Counted from the stretch's first letter, positions 17,027-27,031 are shown. The stretch: 64,000 nucleotides of DNA from Thermodesulfovibrionales bacterium (GCA_050014695.1 JBEKCV010000010.1:8619-72618); one strand, 5' to 3'. Numbers and translations are program-made. The notes: generated from the sequence alone by a model not told the origin.

Positions 17027-18910
17027 TCAAAACTTCACCCGTATCCCTCCCTCGAACCATCTATTGGGGGTCTGGGATATATCTTCCGCCCGCTGTGTCC
17101 CATTGAATAGATTGTGGCCGGAAAGAAAGAGCTCCAGGGCTCGTCTGCCTTGTTTCTGCTTCAAAAGATTCTTTATGAGGGTAATATCAACCAGCCATGC
17201 GTTATACGTGCCAAAATAGTCGCCCTCGGAATTCCACCAGATGTAGTGGCCTGTGAGCAGGGCCTTAAAGGACTGTTCATCGTCGTACTTGAGGCCGAAG
17301 TCATAGGAATATCTAGGGACATCTTGCTCTGTTTGACCGGTGGTGCGATCTGTCGTATCAATAAACGTCGTGCCTCCATAAAGAGTGAAATGATAGACGG
17401 GGACCGTCTTGAAGTCTATCTCGAATCCCTGACGCCTCTGCCTTTCGCTGTTGACAACTGTGTAGAGTTGGTCCGATATTTGAGTAAACTCTATAGCGTT
17501 ACTTACCTCATGTCTGAAGACGGTGGCCTTGAGCCAGAGGTATTTCAGCGCGGTCGTTTCTGCTCCTAACTGGTAGGACCATATCTTTTCGACCTGCAGG
17601 TTAGGATTTGCCACATAACCAGAAAGTGGGTTACTGATGAATTCGTCAAGGCCTGCATTGCTGAAGCCCCGTGCGACCGAGGCCCTTAATAACGTATTGT
17701 CAAAGAGTGCATAGGTTATCCCAATGCTTGGGCTGGTGAAATTACCCCAGGGCTTTTGATTGTCATAGCGCAAGCCTGGAGTAATAGACAGTTTATTCAA
17801 TACGATAGTATCGTTAGCGAATACTGCCCATTTCTGCGATGACACCTGGGAGGTTGTCATCTCTGTTTGAGTATACGTGGCAGCATCGTAATCAGAACCT
17901 ATGACTACGGTATGCGCACCATTGCTGTAAGTGAGCTTGACTCTGTCTCCGTATGTGCTATCCTTGGTAGGCTCTTCAGATGACATCCCGGTGCTCAATG
18001 TTGTCAGAGAACCCGTACTCCTCAGCATGGTGGAATAAAGAGAAGCGCTTAATCCCAATTCCTGGGTGAAAACGGTCTTGAAAGAGAGGCTTGATAAGAA
18101 TTCCTCGGAGCTATCCCGGGCAGAGTAATCAGATGCTGGAAACTCCCCCTCCCCTTTTGAACTTTTCACGTAAAGTAAAGTGAAGAGAAGGCTACTGTCT
18201 TTTGACAGATCGTACGATAGCTTTGAATAAAAGTTCCTTTGCGAAACATCGCTGTTGTTGGGCAGGCCATGCAGGCCATCGGACTGCAGATCCCCGCCCT
18301 GGAGATAATACCCGAAGTCATTTTTTTTGCCGAAAAGTTCGGCTCTGAAATCTCCGGTATCATCGTCTCCATATGATGTCGAAAAAGTCCCACTCACCTT
18401 TTCGTTATTTCCGGGGGATTTTGTGATGATATTCACCACTCCCCCGAGAGACGAACCCCATGAAGAAGATGCGGGCCCCTTGATGATCTCAATCTTTTCG
18501 ATAAATTGTACCGGTATGAGACCGAAGTCAAAAGCATCAAGATTAGTCAGGGGAATCCCATCGAGGAATACGCTGACCTGCCAGCTTTGCGATCCCTGGA
18601 TGTATACTACACTAGCGCTTCCCGGGCCTCCTTGCATATCCACCTCCACACCGTTTACCCTATAAAGGACATCCGCTACGGTATGGGCGTTCATCAATTC
18701 GATGTCTTCTGCGGTGATGACCGTAATATTTTCAGCAACCCGCGTGATGGATGAGAGGTTCCTCGTGGCGGAAATTACGGCGAGTTCTTCGTCTGAAAAG
18801 TACATGGAGAGGAATGTTTGTTCTTCCACCGAAGTGGCAAAGGCGTTCAAAGAAAAGAAGATGGATAGGAGAAAGCAAAATAAACAAACTGCTGTTTTCC
18901 GAACAAACAA
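17027..18910 (-). CDS. TonB-dependent outer-membrane receptor
   Basis: Signal peptide 'LFCFLLSIFFSLNAFA'; plug 'ITVITAEDIELMNAHTVADVLYRVNGVEV'; 'IEKIEIIKGPASSSWGSSLGGVVNIITK'; terminal 'RWFEGGIRVKF'. I place the start at the TTG after 'ccggggg'. Confidence 0.9.
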   Translation of the reverse strand: MFVRKTAVCLFCFLLSIFFSLNAFATSVEEQTFLSMYFSDEELAVISATRNLSSITRVAENITVITAEDIELMNAHTVADVLYRVNGVEVDMQGGPGSASVVYIQGSQSWQVSVFLDGIPLTNLDAFDFGLIPVQFIEKIEIIKGPASSSWGSSLGGVVNIITKSPGNNEKVSGTFSTSYGDDDTGDFRAELFGKKNDFGYYLQGGDLQSDGLHGLPNNSDVSQRNFYSKLSYDLSKDSSLLFTLLYVKSSKGEGEFPASDYSARDSSEEFLSSLSFKTVFTQELGLSASLYSTMLRSTGSLTTLSTGMSSEEPTKDSTYGDRVKLTYSNGAHTVVIGSDYDAATYTQTEMTTSQVSSQKWAVFANDTIVLNKLSITPGLRYDNQKPWGNFTSPSIGITYALFDNTLLRASVARGFSNAGLDEFISNPLSGYVANPNLQVEKIWSYQLGAETTALKYLWLKATVFRHEVSNAIEFTQISDQLYTVVNSERQRRQGFEIDFKTVPVYHFTLYGGTTFIDTTDRTTGQTEQDVPRYSYDFGLKYDDEQSFKALLTGHYIWWNSEGDYFGTYNAWLVDITLIKNLLKQKQGRRALELFLSGHNLFNGTQRAEDISQTPNRWFEGGIRVKF

Positions 18911-18968
18911 ATTACCCCCGGCACTTTCTTCTCTTGGTCGGTTACGTATATGTTTTATTCTTATAATG

Positions 18969-18997
18969 TGTATACAGTAAAACAATATTCTTGTCAA
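18969..18997 (-). promoter_or_regulatory. sigma70-like promoter upstream of the TonB receptor
   Basis: The minus strand reads TTGACA, a 17-nt spacer, then TATACA, about 60 nt upstream of the proposed start. Confidence 0.35.
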
Positions 18998-19128
18998 GTA
19001 AATTCCTCTACTATCCGTTATCCGTGGCAGTTCCGCTAACGCTTATTGAAGCTACTTCCCAAGCAGTTCACATGGCAGATCACAAGATGCGGAACATCCC
19101 GATGTCACTTGCCTTGCCCACTTCGAGC

Positions 19129-19162
19129 TATATATACGGGAAGGACAAGTTCCTCCTTCCCG
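19129..19162 (-). terminator. hairpin terminator after the small membrane protein gene
   Basis: 9-bp stem CGGGAAGGA/TCCTTCCCG with an 8-nt loop, followed on the minus strand by TATATATA (an imperfect U tract). Confidence 0.4.
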
Positions 19163-19206
19163 TATAAGCCCTTTTCAATGGCGCATTTCTGCATGGCTGT
19201 CGACAA

Positions 19207-19515
19207 TTATGCTTCTGGGTACGACAGCGCGGGGCTTTGAGAGGTATTCAAATTATACTTAGGTTCGAACTGTCTGCGGCACTCGGAGCAGAGAATCATC
19301 GCCTCCTCTTCGGCTTTTTCTTCTTTTGGGGCCCGCCCGCCGTTGAGACAGGCACTCCGGAAGACCGAGACAAAAACGAGCGCTATGGCGAAGCCAATTA
19401 CATAGCTTACGGCTTCTGATTCAAATGCGTCGGCAAGGCCGGTATAGATATATGCGGCTAATCCCCACCCTGCACTCATCAGCATTCCCACTACGAATAA
19501 GATCTTTCTTTTCAT
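19207..19515 (-). CDS. small membrane protein (102 aa, 2 TM, C-terminal CxxC)
   Basis: The ATG ('MKRKILFVVG') is preceded by 'taaggaggatacc'. Two hydrophobic segments, then 'ILCSECRRQF'. Confidence 0.5.
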   Translation of the reverse strand: MKRKILFVVGMLMSAGWGLAAYIYTGLADAFESEAVSYVIGFAIALVFVSVFRSACLNGGRAPKEEKAEEEAMILCSECRRQFEPKYNLNTSQSPALSYPEA

Positions 19516-20238
19516 GGTATCCTCCTTACTGGAAAAATTTAAGTTAGCATCGTTTTTGCTGCTCAAGAGCTATCCTTGCCTCACCTCCCTCTTCTCATTT
19601 TTTTCTTAGCCTCTGTGCTCTGGGATAAAAACCCTCTCATATTGTATGTTGCTGTCTCCACTTCTTCTATCCTCCCCTCAATTCGATACCTGACTATAGA
19701 AAAGCAAAGAATGTGCCACACGATGATCTATGGAAAGCCCTTTGATTTAATAGCCCTTGTCAGTTGTCCTGTCAGTTATAAGGAGTGAACCTAAGCAGAA
19801 ATTCGCATGCGGTGCGCGGAAAGTTTCAACTCATACAAGCCGGGACGGAGTCCCGTTGGCAAACGCTGGTTTTTTTTGTAGCTTCGGGAGACAAGAGCGA
19901 GGAGGGCGAGTAGATAAATCGATTTGACATACTCCCGTATCGCTCCTCTGCTCATTCTGTCACCCTCTTTCCTGACTCATCATCAGGGTTACATGGTAAA
20001 TGGCGCAATGATTCTCCATACGGTTACATTTTAGACCGCGCAATGCGGGGGGATTTTAAAATTATTTGGTTTTTTGGTATCATCATTAACGGGTTCGTAA
20101 AAAAAAGCTTCTCTGGTCCCTCTTTGCTAAAGAAAGGCATAGCGTGAACTTCTTCTTGTCCGGGAATTGCGTGGTGCGAAAGAGGAAGGAGACGGAGGGG
20201 AGTGTGACGGCACAAGAGACCCCGATCACGAATGAGAG

Positions 20239-20997
20239 GTGAACAGCATGCATAAAGTTGTTTTACTCAGACACGGAGAAAGCATATGGAACAGAGAAAA
20301 CCTTTTTACCGGGTGGACTGATGTTGATCTGTCCGAAAGAGGCATCGAGGAAGCCAGAGACGCGGGCCATGTGCTGAAACAACAGGGATATGTGTTTGAT
20401 GTCGCTTTCACTTCAGTTTTAAAACGCGCGATACGAACTCTTTGGATCGTGCTCGATGAGATGGATCTTATGTGGATTCCCGTCTACCGCGACTGGCGAC
20501 TGAATGAACGCCATTACGGTGCGCTGCAGGGTCTCGACAAAGCGGAGACTGCTCGGAAATTCGGAGAGCAGCAGGTGAAAATCTGGAGGCGGAGCTATGA
20601 CGTTCGTCCTCCGGCTCTGGAAGAAGACGATCCGCGGAATCCACGGAATGACCCTCGCTACAAGGAACTCACCGGCGGTCAGCTTCCGCTCTCGGAGTGT
20701 TTAAAGGATACGGTAGAGCGGTTTTTGCCCTGCTGGCATGATCGTATTGCGCCTGCGGTCAGGTCAGGGCAGCGGGTGCTCATCGCTGCCCACGGGAACA
20801 GTCTTCGTGCCCTCCTAAAATACCTAGATGGAATCTCTGAAGAGGAGATCGTGGGACTGAACATACCCACGGGAATGCCGCTGGTCTACGAGCTCGATGG
20901 CCAGTTGAAACCGATACGAAACTACTATCTCGGTGATCCTGACAAAGTAAAGAAGGCCATGGCGGCGGTGGCAAACCAGGGCAAGGTCAGGAAATAG
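20239..20997 (+). CDS. gpmA: 2,3-bisphosphoglycerate-dependent phosphoglycerate mutase
   Basis: '[27 protein letters not shown]', 'ERHYGALQG', '[10 protein letters not shown]'. Confidence 0.95.
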   Translation: MNSMHKVVLLRHGESIWNRENLFTGWTDVDLSERGIEEARDAGHVLKQQGYVFDVAFTSVLKRAIRTLWIVLDEMDLMWIPVYRDWRLNERHYGALQGLDKAETARKFGEQQVKIWRRSYDVRPPALEEDDPRNPRNDPRYKELTGGQLPLSECLKDTVERFLPCWHDRIAPAVRSGQRVLIAAHGNSLRALLKYLDGISEEEIVGLNIPTGMPLVYELDGQLKPIRNYYLGDPDKVKKAMAAVANQGKVRK

Positions 20998-21031
20998 CTG
21001 ATTGATTTACTCTTGAGAGGCAGAAAACGTT

Positions 21032-22462
21032 GTGACTCTTCCCGCTAACAAAACCAAGCTTGTCTGCACCGTCGGACCAGCATCCGATTCGCCTGAGATC
21101 CTAAAACAGATGATAGGGGCCGGCATGAATGTGGCGCGGCTCAACTTCTCCCACGGCGATTTCAGATGGCACAAAAGGGTGATCGATGAAATACGTGCTG
21201 CGGCTATTTCAGCCGGACAGCGTGTCGCGATTATGGCCGATCTGCCTGGACCCAAAATGCGCATCGGTCAACTGGCCCAAGAGCCAGCGGAGTTGAGGCC
21301 GGGTGCCGTTTTCACCCTGACGACAGAAGGCATAGTCGGTGACAGCTCCAGGGTCTCTGTTACCTTTTCCGGTCTGCCGAAGGCCGTGAAGCCGGGAGAT
21401 ACGTTGTTTCTCAATGACGGCCTCATTCAACTCGAAGTGGAAGAAGTGCGGCGCAATGAAATTCGCTGCCGCGTTCTGGTCGGCGGTGAACTATGGTCAC
21501 GCAAAGGGATCAACGTGCCAGGCATCAATCTCGGTATCGGGGCATTTACTGACCGTGACCGCGAGTGCCTTAAATTTGCTCTGGACCAGGGGGTGGACGC
21601 AGTCAGCCAATCTTTTGTTGAGACCGCAGCAGACATTACCGCTGTCCGTGGAGCCAGTGCAGCTCTCGGCCACAATCCGTTTCTCATCGCGAAGATCGAA
21701 CGATCAAGGGCGCTTGACCATCTGCAGGACATCCTTGAGGTTGCCGACGGTCTCATGATCGCCCGCGGCGATCTGGGAGTCGAAATACCGATTGAGCAGA
21801 TAGCCGTTGTTCAAAAGCAGATAATGCGCCTTGCAAATCTGCGCGGGAAACCGGTGATCACGGCTACGCAGATGCTTGAGTCCATGACCGATAACCGACG
21901 CCCCACCCGTGCGGAGGCGACTGATGTCGCGAATGCCATCCTTGACGGCACAGACTGCGTCATGCTTTCCGGAGAGTCTGCAATGGGGAAGTATCCGGTG
22001 GAGGCAGTGGCTATGCTGGCCAAAATCGCAGCAGCAATCGAACCGCACCGTGTTGGCAATCAGGCGCGAGACGCAATGAAAGTCGTTGACCCCGAAAGCG
22101 CAATCAACATCACTGACGTAATAGCCTTCAGTGTTGAGGCAACGCTGGATCATATCTCTCCTGCTGCTGTCTTTGTCCCTACCCGCACCGGGACGACCGC
22201 GAGGAGTCTTTGCCGTTTCAGGCTGCCGGTCTGGATAACGGCTGTGAGTTCCCAAGAAACAACCTGCCAGCACCTCCAGTTCTCCTACGGGGTCTATCCG
22301 GTTCATGAGCCTGACCACCCCGAGGACTGGCGTCTCTATGCGAGAGAATGGCTTGCTTCGCACGGGGTGAGCGGGAAACTCGTCGTGCTGACCGAGGGGC
22401 CGTCTTCTCGGCACCCGGAGGCAAACAACCGCATGGAAATCATTGACCTCGAGCGAGCGTGA
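21032..22462 (+). CDS. pyk: pyruvate kinase
   Basis: 'KLVCTVGPAS', 'GMNVARLNFSHGD', 'IAKIE', 'MIARGDLGVEIP', 'VITATQMLESM', 'DGTDCVMLSGESA'. GTG start. Confidence 0.95.
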   Translation: MTLPANKTKLVCTVGPASDSPEILKQMIGAGMNVARLNFSHGDFRWHKRVIDEIRAAAISAGQRVAIMADLPGPKMRIGQLAQEPAELRPGAVFTLTTEGIVGDSSRVSVTFSGLPKAVKPGDTLFLNDGLIQLEVEEVRRNEIRCRVLVGGELWSRKGINVPGINLGIGAFTDRDRECLKFALDQGVDAVSQSFVETAADITAVRGASAALGHNPFLIAKIERSRALDHLQDILEVADGLMIARGDLGVEIPIEQIAVVQKQIMRLANLRGKPVITATQMLESMTDNRRPTRAEATDVANAILDGTDCVMLSGESAMGKYPVEAVAMLAKIAAAIEPHRVGNQARDAMKVVDPESAINITDVIAFSVEATLDHISPAAVFVPTRTGTTARSLCRFRLPVWITAVSSQETTCQHLQFSYGVYPVHEPDHPEDWRLYAREWLASHGVSGKLVVLTEGPSSRHPEANNRMEIIDLERA

Positions 22463-22725
22463 CGCTGCGCTGTCGTATCGGCATGTTTTTTCCTTCTCCA
22501 ATTGCATCTCCTTTTTTTCTCCTCATGATGCGGAATCTGTCTCTTGCAATAGCGCTCGTTGCTATGCTAGTATCCTTTTGACCACACTGCAACGAAAGGC
22601 GGAGGTTGCGCAGGCACTGAGAGAATGAGCATCGATAATATAAAGGGGACTGACCTCTGGGCTTGCTGCAAAGGTTCCCGCCAGACACCAGACACCAAGC
22701 AACAACATACAACCGCGTGTCATCC

Positions 22726-24591
22726 ATGCGCTGGATTTTCCGAGTCGCACCACTTCTAATCATCGCCGCGATCGTGGCGGCAATTGTTCACTGGGGTGGC
22801 CCAAGGAACGTCGTCTACATATTTCCGGGCGTTACCGGACCATCGCAACCTACTCCGCCGCCAGACGGGGCTGTTCCGACCCCCTGGAAGAACTTCGTCA
22901 AAGGGGGCCCCAGCCGGCTCGCTGTGCTCCTCACCGATGAGGATTCAGACTGGCTCGGCGTTGCTCATGGGTTAAAGTCTATAGGCGTTCCCTTTGTTAT
23001 AACCCGAGATGTCAGCAACGCCCTCACGCACCATGTGGTTCTCGTCTACCCAGTGATCTCGGGGAAGGTGTTACAGTCCGACGAGATGAAAGCTCTTGCC
23101 CGCTACCCCCAGCAGGGTGGCACCCTGATCGGGGTGAACGTTCTCGGAGGATTGAACGAGGTATTCGGCTTCGATGAGGCAGTGGCGACGCACAACCACT
23201 ATGAGATCCGGTTTGATACCACCCAGCGGATAGCATCAGCGTTTACGGATCCGAAGGAGTCGACAATCCGAATTGCAAGCCCGACCAATACTGCAGTAGC
23301 CGGTGGAGCCTATAGCTACTCGAATCCGCGCACTGCGCTGATAGCCCGCTACGAGGACGGTACCGCTGCGATAACGATGAAGTCCTATGGCACCGGGCGG
23401 GCTTACGCCATCGGCATGGACATCGGCCATCTGCTTCTCAAGGGTTACAACAACCGCGAGGAGGATATCGCCCGCTCCTACGTCAATGACTTCGAGCCGT
23501 CTCTGGATGTACTGCTTCGTCTGATCCGGAATATTTACCTCGACGGTGAGGATTCCGCTGTCACGCTTGGCACAGTTCCCTTCGGGAAGTCTCTCGCTGT
23601 GGTGCTCAGTCATGATATCGACTACACGAGGTCGATGGTAAACTCTCTTGTCTATGCGGAATTAGAAAAAAGCCAGGGCGTCCCCGCGACCTACTTTGTC
23701 CAGACCAAGTACGTACGCGACTGGAACGATGATGTTTTCTTCAACGCACGCGGCGTGGAGTTGATGAGGGCCCTTGACGCATCGGGCTTCGAAGTTGCAA
23801 GCCACTCGGTGTCCCATTCCCGCGTGTTCAGCAAGTTTCCTCTCGGCAAGGGTGACGAGACTTATCCCAGCTATGTGCCCTTTGTTAAAAGCGCTAAGGT
23901 GACCAAAGATGGAACGGTGCTGGGCGAATTGCGGGTGAGCAAGTTCCTGATCGAGCATTTCCTGCCAGGCCGCACCGTCGACACCTTCCGCCCCGGTCAC
24001 CTGCAGAATCCCTATTCCCTGCCAAGCGCGCTTGCGGCCATTGGCTATCGTTACAGTTCGTCGGTGACCGCGAACAATTCGCTCACCCATCTGCCATTTC
24101 GGCTGAACAACAACCGCGACACCCGCTCCGAATCAAAAGTGTACGAGTTCCCGCTCACCGTTGAGGACGAGGCGCCGCCGAAGATGATCCAGAGGCTCCC
24201 TGAGGCTGTTGATCTCGCGCGGAAGATCAGCAGCTATGGAGGGTCCTTCGTCGTTCTGATTCATCCCGACGTTCTGGCCGAAAAATTTGAATTTGAGCGC
24301 AAGTTCATCCCCGCGGTCAAAGACTTCTCGTGGTTCGGGTCCCTCCGGGATTTAGGCGGCTGGTGGAGTGCCAGGGATCAGATCGGAGTCGACGTCACCT
24401 CGTCTGGTAATGAGCGGATAGTTCTGCTGACAGTGCCTGAGCACATAAGCGGTCTTGCTCTTCAGGTTCCTCGCGGCTTTCGATTTGTTTCGGCCGATCC
24501 ATCTACAGTCCGGGTTTTAGCGAAGGAGGGAATCGTAGTCATCAAGGATGCGCTAGGCGATCTCACGCTGAAGTTTAGAGTGAAGAACTGA
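22726..24591 (+). CDS. membrane-anchored polysaccharide deacetylase (NodB/CE4)-family protein with a large N-terminal domain
   Basis: TM 'VAPLLIIAAIVAAIV', 'VVLSHDIDY' (Asp-Asp motif) and 'ASHSVSHS' (His-His motif). I prefer the start at the ATG ('MRWIF') over the track TTG at 22663. Confidence 0.7.
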   Translation: MRWIFRVAPLLIIAAIVAAIVHWGGPRNVVYIFPGVTGPSQPTPPPDGAVPTPWKNFVKGGPSRLAVLLTDEDSDWLGVAHGLKSIGVPFVITRDVSNALTHHVVLVYPVISGKVLQSDEMKALARYPQQGGTLIGVNVLGGLNEVFGFDEAVATHNHYEIRFDTTQRIASAFTDPKESTIRIASPTNTAVAGGAYSYSNPRTALIARYEDGTAAITMKSYGTGRAYAIGMDIGHLLLKGYNNREEDIARSYVNDFEPSLDVLLRLIRNIYLDGEDSAVTLGTVPFGKSLAVVLSHDIDYTRSMVNSLVYAELEKSQGVPATYFVQTKYVRDWNDDVFFNARGVELMRALDASGFEVASHSVSHSRVFSKFPLGKGDETYPSYVPFVKSAKVTKDGTVLGELRVSKFLIEHFLPGRTVDTFRPGHLQNPYSLPSALAAIGYRYSSSVTANNSLTHLPFRLNNNRDTRSESKVYEFPLTVEDEAPPKMIQRLPEAVDLARKISSYGGSFVVLIHPDVLAEKFEFERKFIPAVKDFSWFGSLRDLGGWWSARDQIGVDVTSSGNERIVLLTVPEHISGLALQVPRGFRFVSADPSTVRVLAKEGIVVIKDALGDLTLKFRVKN

Positions 24592-25141
24592 TTTTCTCCG
24601 TGACCGTCACTTCGTGATGTCTTTGGATATTATTCCCTCGCCCTCGTCGCTGTCTGACCTACCGTAAAAATTGAGGCATATGACTTACAGTATGGAGGCT
24701 GCGCTCATAGGTGATTCTAAAAAAATCACCTATTTTAAGGGAGGGTGAATGGTCTCTTAGAGCGCTCTCCGAGAGAGCCGTCATGACAGGCCCTTGCTCG
24801 TTTTGAGCACTTGGAGTATGCTAAGAAGAAACCAGGTAATAATATTGTTATACGTTAATTAAGAAGAGCCAAATGCAAGCCGCAATTAAGTTCCATGGTT
24901 CTGATTTAGCCTGACGATTGTCCCCGTGGAAATATGCGACGGCGAAATATCTGGTGGGAATGTGGTATTTGATAATCTGATACCCGGTTCCATTGAAAAT
25001 GAATGGTCGGTCAATGCTTCAACTTTCAGCCATTCTGTCTAATCGGTTTTTATTCCCACTACGGAAGAAGAGTCGGAATACGTCCGCGAGATAGCTTTCC
25101 GCAAGGTTCTGGGGAATTAAAGGTCTATCACAAGTAACGGC

Positions 25142-26386
25142 ATGATTTCCTCTGTCGATCAAGAAGAACCGAAAGCGATCCTGCAGCACCGCCCGTTCGT
25201 CCTGTTCTGGTTCTCCCGAGTGGCGACCATGATCGCCTTCCAGATGCAGGCTGTTGCCGTGGGTTGGCAGATCTACGCCCTCACCGGCAGTGCATTGTAT
25301 CTCGGCCTCGTCGGCCTTGCCCAGTTCCTGCCCATGTTCCTGCTGACGCTCGCCGTGGGTCATGTTGCAGACCGCTACGACCGCCGCATCATTGCGCGAC
25401 TCTGTCAGATCGTTGAAGGCCTTGCCGCCTTCGCACTGGCCTGGGGGAGCGCCGCCGGCTGGCAGAGCAAGGAGACCATACTCGTCATCATGGTTATTGT
25501 CGGCGCCACACACGCATTCGAAGGGCCGACCATGCAGTCGCTCCTGCCAAGCCTGGTCACCGGCCCGCTCCTTCCGCGAGCACTTGCCTGGTCTGCGTCG
25601 GCAATGCAGACCGCAACCATTATCGGGCCGGCGCTCGGTGGTCTCCTGTACACTGTGAGCCCGACCGATGTCTATGCAGCAGCAGGGGGCCTGTTCCTGT
25701 CTGCAAGCGTATTGCTCGGTCTTATCCGCTCCGGCCGCGCTCCCGTTATCCGCGAACCTGCGAGCATTAAGTCGACGTTTGCCGGCATCGCCTTTATCCA
25801 TAGCCGTCCGGATGTCTTGGGCGCCATATCCCTCGACCTCTTTGCCGTTCTCCTGGGTGGCGCTACAGCCCTCTTGCCAATCTATGCGCGCGACATTCTG
25901 ATGACTGGACCGTGGGGGTTGGGCTTGCTCCGCTCGGCGCCTGCTGTGGGCGCCCTTGCTATGTCGCTTTTCCTGGCGCGCCGCCCGCTCAAGCGCCGCG
26001 TGGGCAGGACTATGTTCATTGCCGTGGCGATCTTCGGTCTAGCAACTATCGTGTTCGCTCTTTCGACATCCTTCCTCCTGTCGCTGGCCACCCTTGCCGT
26101 GCTCGGAGCCGCCGACGTGATCAGCGTCGTCATCAGGCATTCGCTGGTCCAGATCGAGACGCCTGATGAGATGCGGGGTCGGGTAAGCGCCGTCAACTCC
26201 CTGTTCATCGGAACATCGAACCAACTGGGAGAGTTCGAGTCAGGGATCACGGCAGCCTGGTTCGGCGCGGTTTTTGCCGTCCTGATCGGCGGCATCGGCA
26301 CAATCATTGTCGTTGCGCTCTGGATGCGATTTTTTCCGCAGCTGTTGCAGACCGATGCCTTGGATTCGAGGAAAGAATCGGGATGA
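25142..26386 (+). CDS. MFS transporter (EntS / MFS_3-like)
   Basis: About 12 hydrophobic segments, 'FVLFWFSRVATMIAFQMQAVAVGW', 'VADRYDRRII', 'GPALGGLL'. A hand-counted 60-nt line gives about 63% G+C. Confidence 0.85.
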   Translation: MISSVDQEEPKAILQHRPFVLFWFSRVATMIAFQMQAVAVGWQIYALTGSALYLGLVGLAQFLPMFLLTLAVGHVADRYDRRIIARLCQIVEGLAAFALAWGSAAGWQSKETILVIMVIVGATHAFEGPTMQSLLPSLVTGPLLPRALAWSASAMQTATIIGPALGGLLYTVSPTDVYAAAGGLFLSASVLLGLIRSGRAPVIREPASIKSTFAGIAFIHSRPDVLGAISLDLFAVLLGGATALLPIYARDILMTGPWGLGLLRSAPAVGALAMSLFLARRPLKRRVGRTMFIAVAIFGLATIVFALSTSFLLSLATLAVLGAADVISVVIRHSLVQIETPDEMRGRVSAVNSLFIGTSNQLGEFESGITAAWFGAVFAVLIGGIGTIIVVALWMRFFPQLLQTDALDSRKESG

Positions 26387-26756
26387 AGGCTATTCGTCCT
26401 GTCCCATATGCAGATGCTACATAAGAGGCGTTGTTACCGAACTATCATTGCTATCGGCGACCGCTGCTCGGCCTCCTTCTTTGCCATGCGGAACGTATTC
26501 AAGTACAACGAGTGATTGCCGGTTTTTCGTCAGTTCGGTAACCTTATCATGCGAAGGGTTTTACAGAATAAAAAAACGAGGTTAGTCACTGCGTATCATG
26601 ACTATTGGGATGGTAACCAGCAGCTCGATAGCACCCTCTTATATATTGATGAGTTCACAAATACCAAGAAAAACATACACAACTGAGTGCTGGCAAAGGG
26701 GCACGGACTTCAGGAAATACTTCTCACTCCCCTGTAGAGGCTCCGGATTGATTAAA

Positions 26757-26797
26757 GGAAGGCAGGGCATAGATGATATGCCCTGCCTTCCTTTTTT
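26757..26797. terminator. strong, probably bidirectional, rho-independent terminator
   Basis: Perfect 15-bp stem GGAAGGCAGGGCATA/TATGCCCTGCCTTCC with a 5-nt loop. TTTTTT follows on the plus strand and TTTAAT follows on the minus strand, downstream of tRNA-Leu. Confidence 0.6.
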
Positions 26798-26874
26798 GAT
26801 TCTCGTGACGGTTTGGTGACGGTATTTTTGTTCGCAAATCAGGGTTCAACCCATTGAAATAAAATAAAAAGAGT

Positions 26875-26961
26875 TGGTGCCGAAGGCGGGATTTGAACCC
26901 GCACGGCCTTTCGACCACTAGACCCTGAACCTAGCGCGTCTGCCAGTTCCGCCACTTCGGC
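26875..26961 (-). tRNA. tRNA-Leu (anticodon CAG), class II with long variable arm, CCA encoded
   Basis: The reverse complement GCCGAAGTGGCGGAACTGGCAGACGCGCTAGGTTCAGGGTCTAGTGGTCGAAAGGCCGTGCGGGTTCAAATCCCGCCTTCGGCACCA folds as a cloverleaf with anticodon loop TTCAGGG. It is near-colinear with E. coli tRNA-Leu(CAG) as I recall it. Confidence 0.92.
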
Positions 26962-27031
26962 AATTACAAAGCGAAGGAGTTCAGCGCTAATCTCTTGCCA
27001 CGAATACGATAACTCCAGCGTACGCTCTCTG

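Noticed and set aside
18911-19206. Cobalamin riboswitch upstream of the TonB receptor (BtuB-like context). The same was checked upstream of the corrinoid operon (8469-8756).
   Set aside because: No B12-box-like 'GCCACTG' with the accompanying 'GGGAA...GGTG...CCCGC' core is on the relevant (minus) strand in either leader. Only a promoter-like element and a terminator hairpin are visible.
21704-22507. 267-aa minus-strand ORF, and similar ORFs at 25019..25801 (260 aa) and 25882..26307 (141 aa).
   Set aside because: They are antisense to pyk and to the MFS gene in the high-GC block, where long spurious ORFs are expected. Their R/P/G-rich composition is non-protein-like.
22593-22608. Possible att-like direct repeat of the tRNA-Leu 3' half ('cgaaaggcggaggttg' versus 'cgaaggcgggatttg') that would delimit an integrated island.
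   Set aside because: It is only a short, gapped partial match. No integrase gene is present, so it is insufficient to define island borders.
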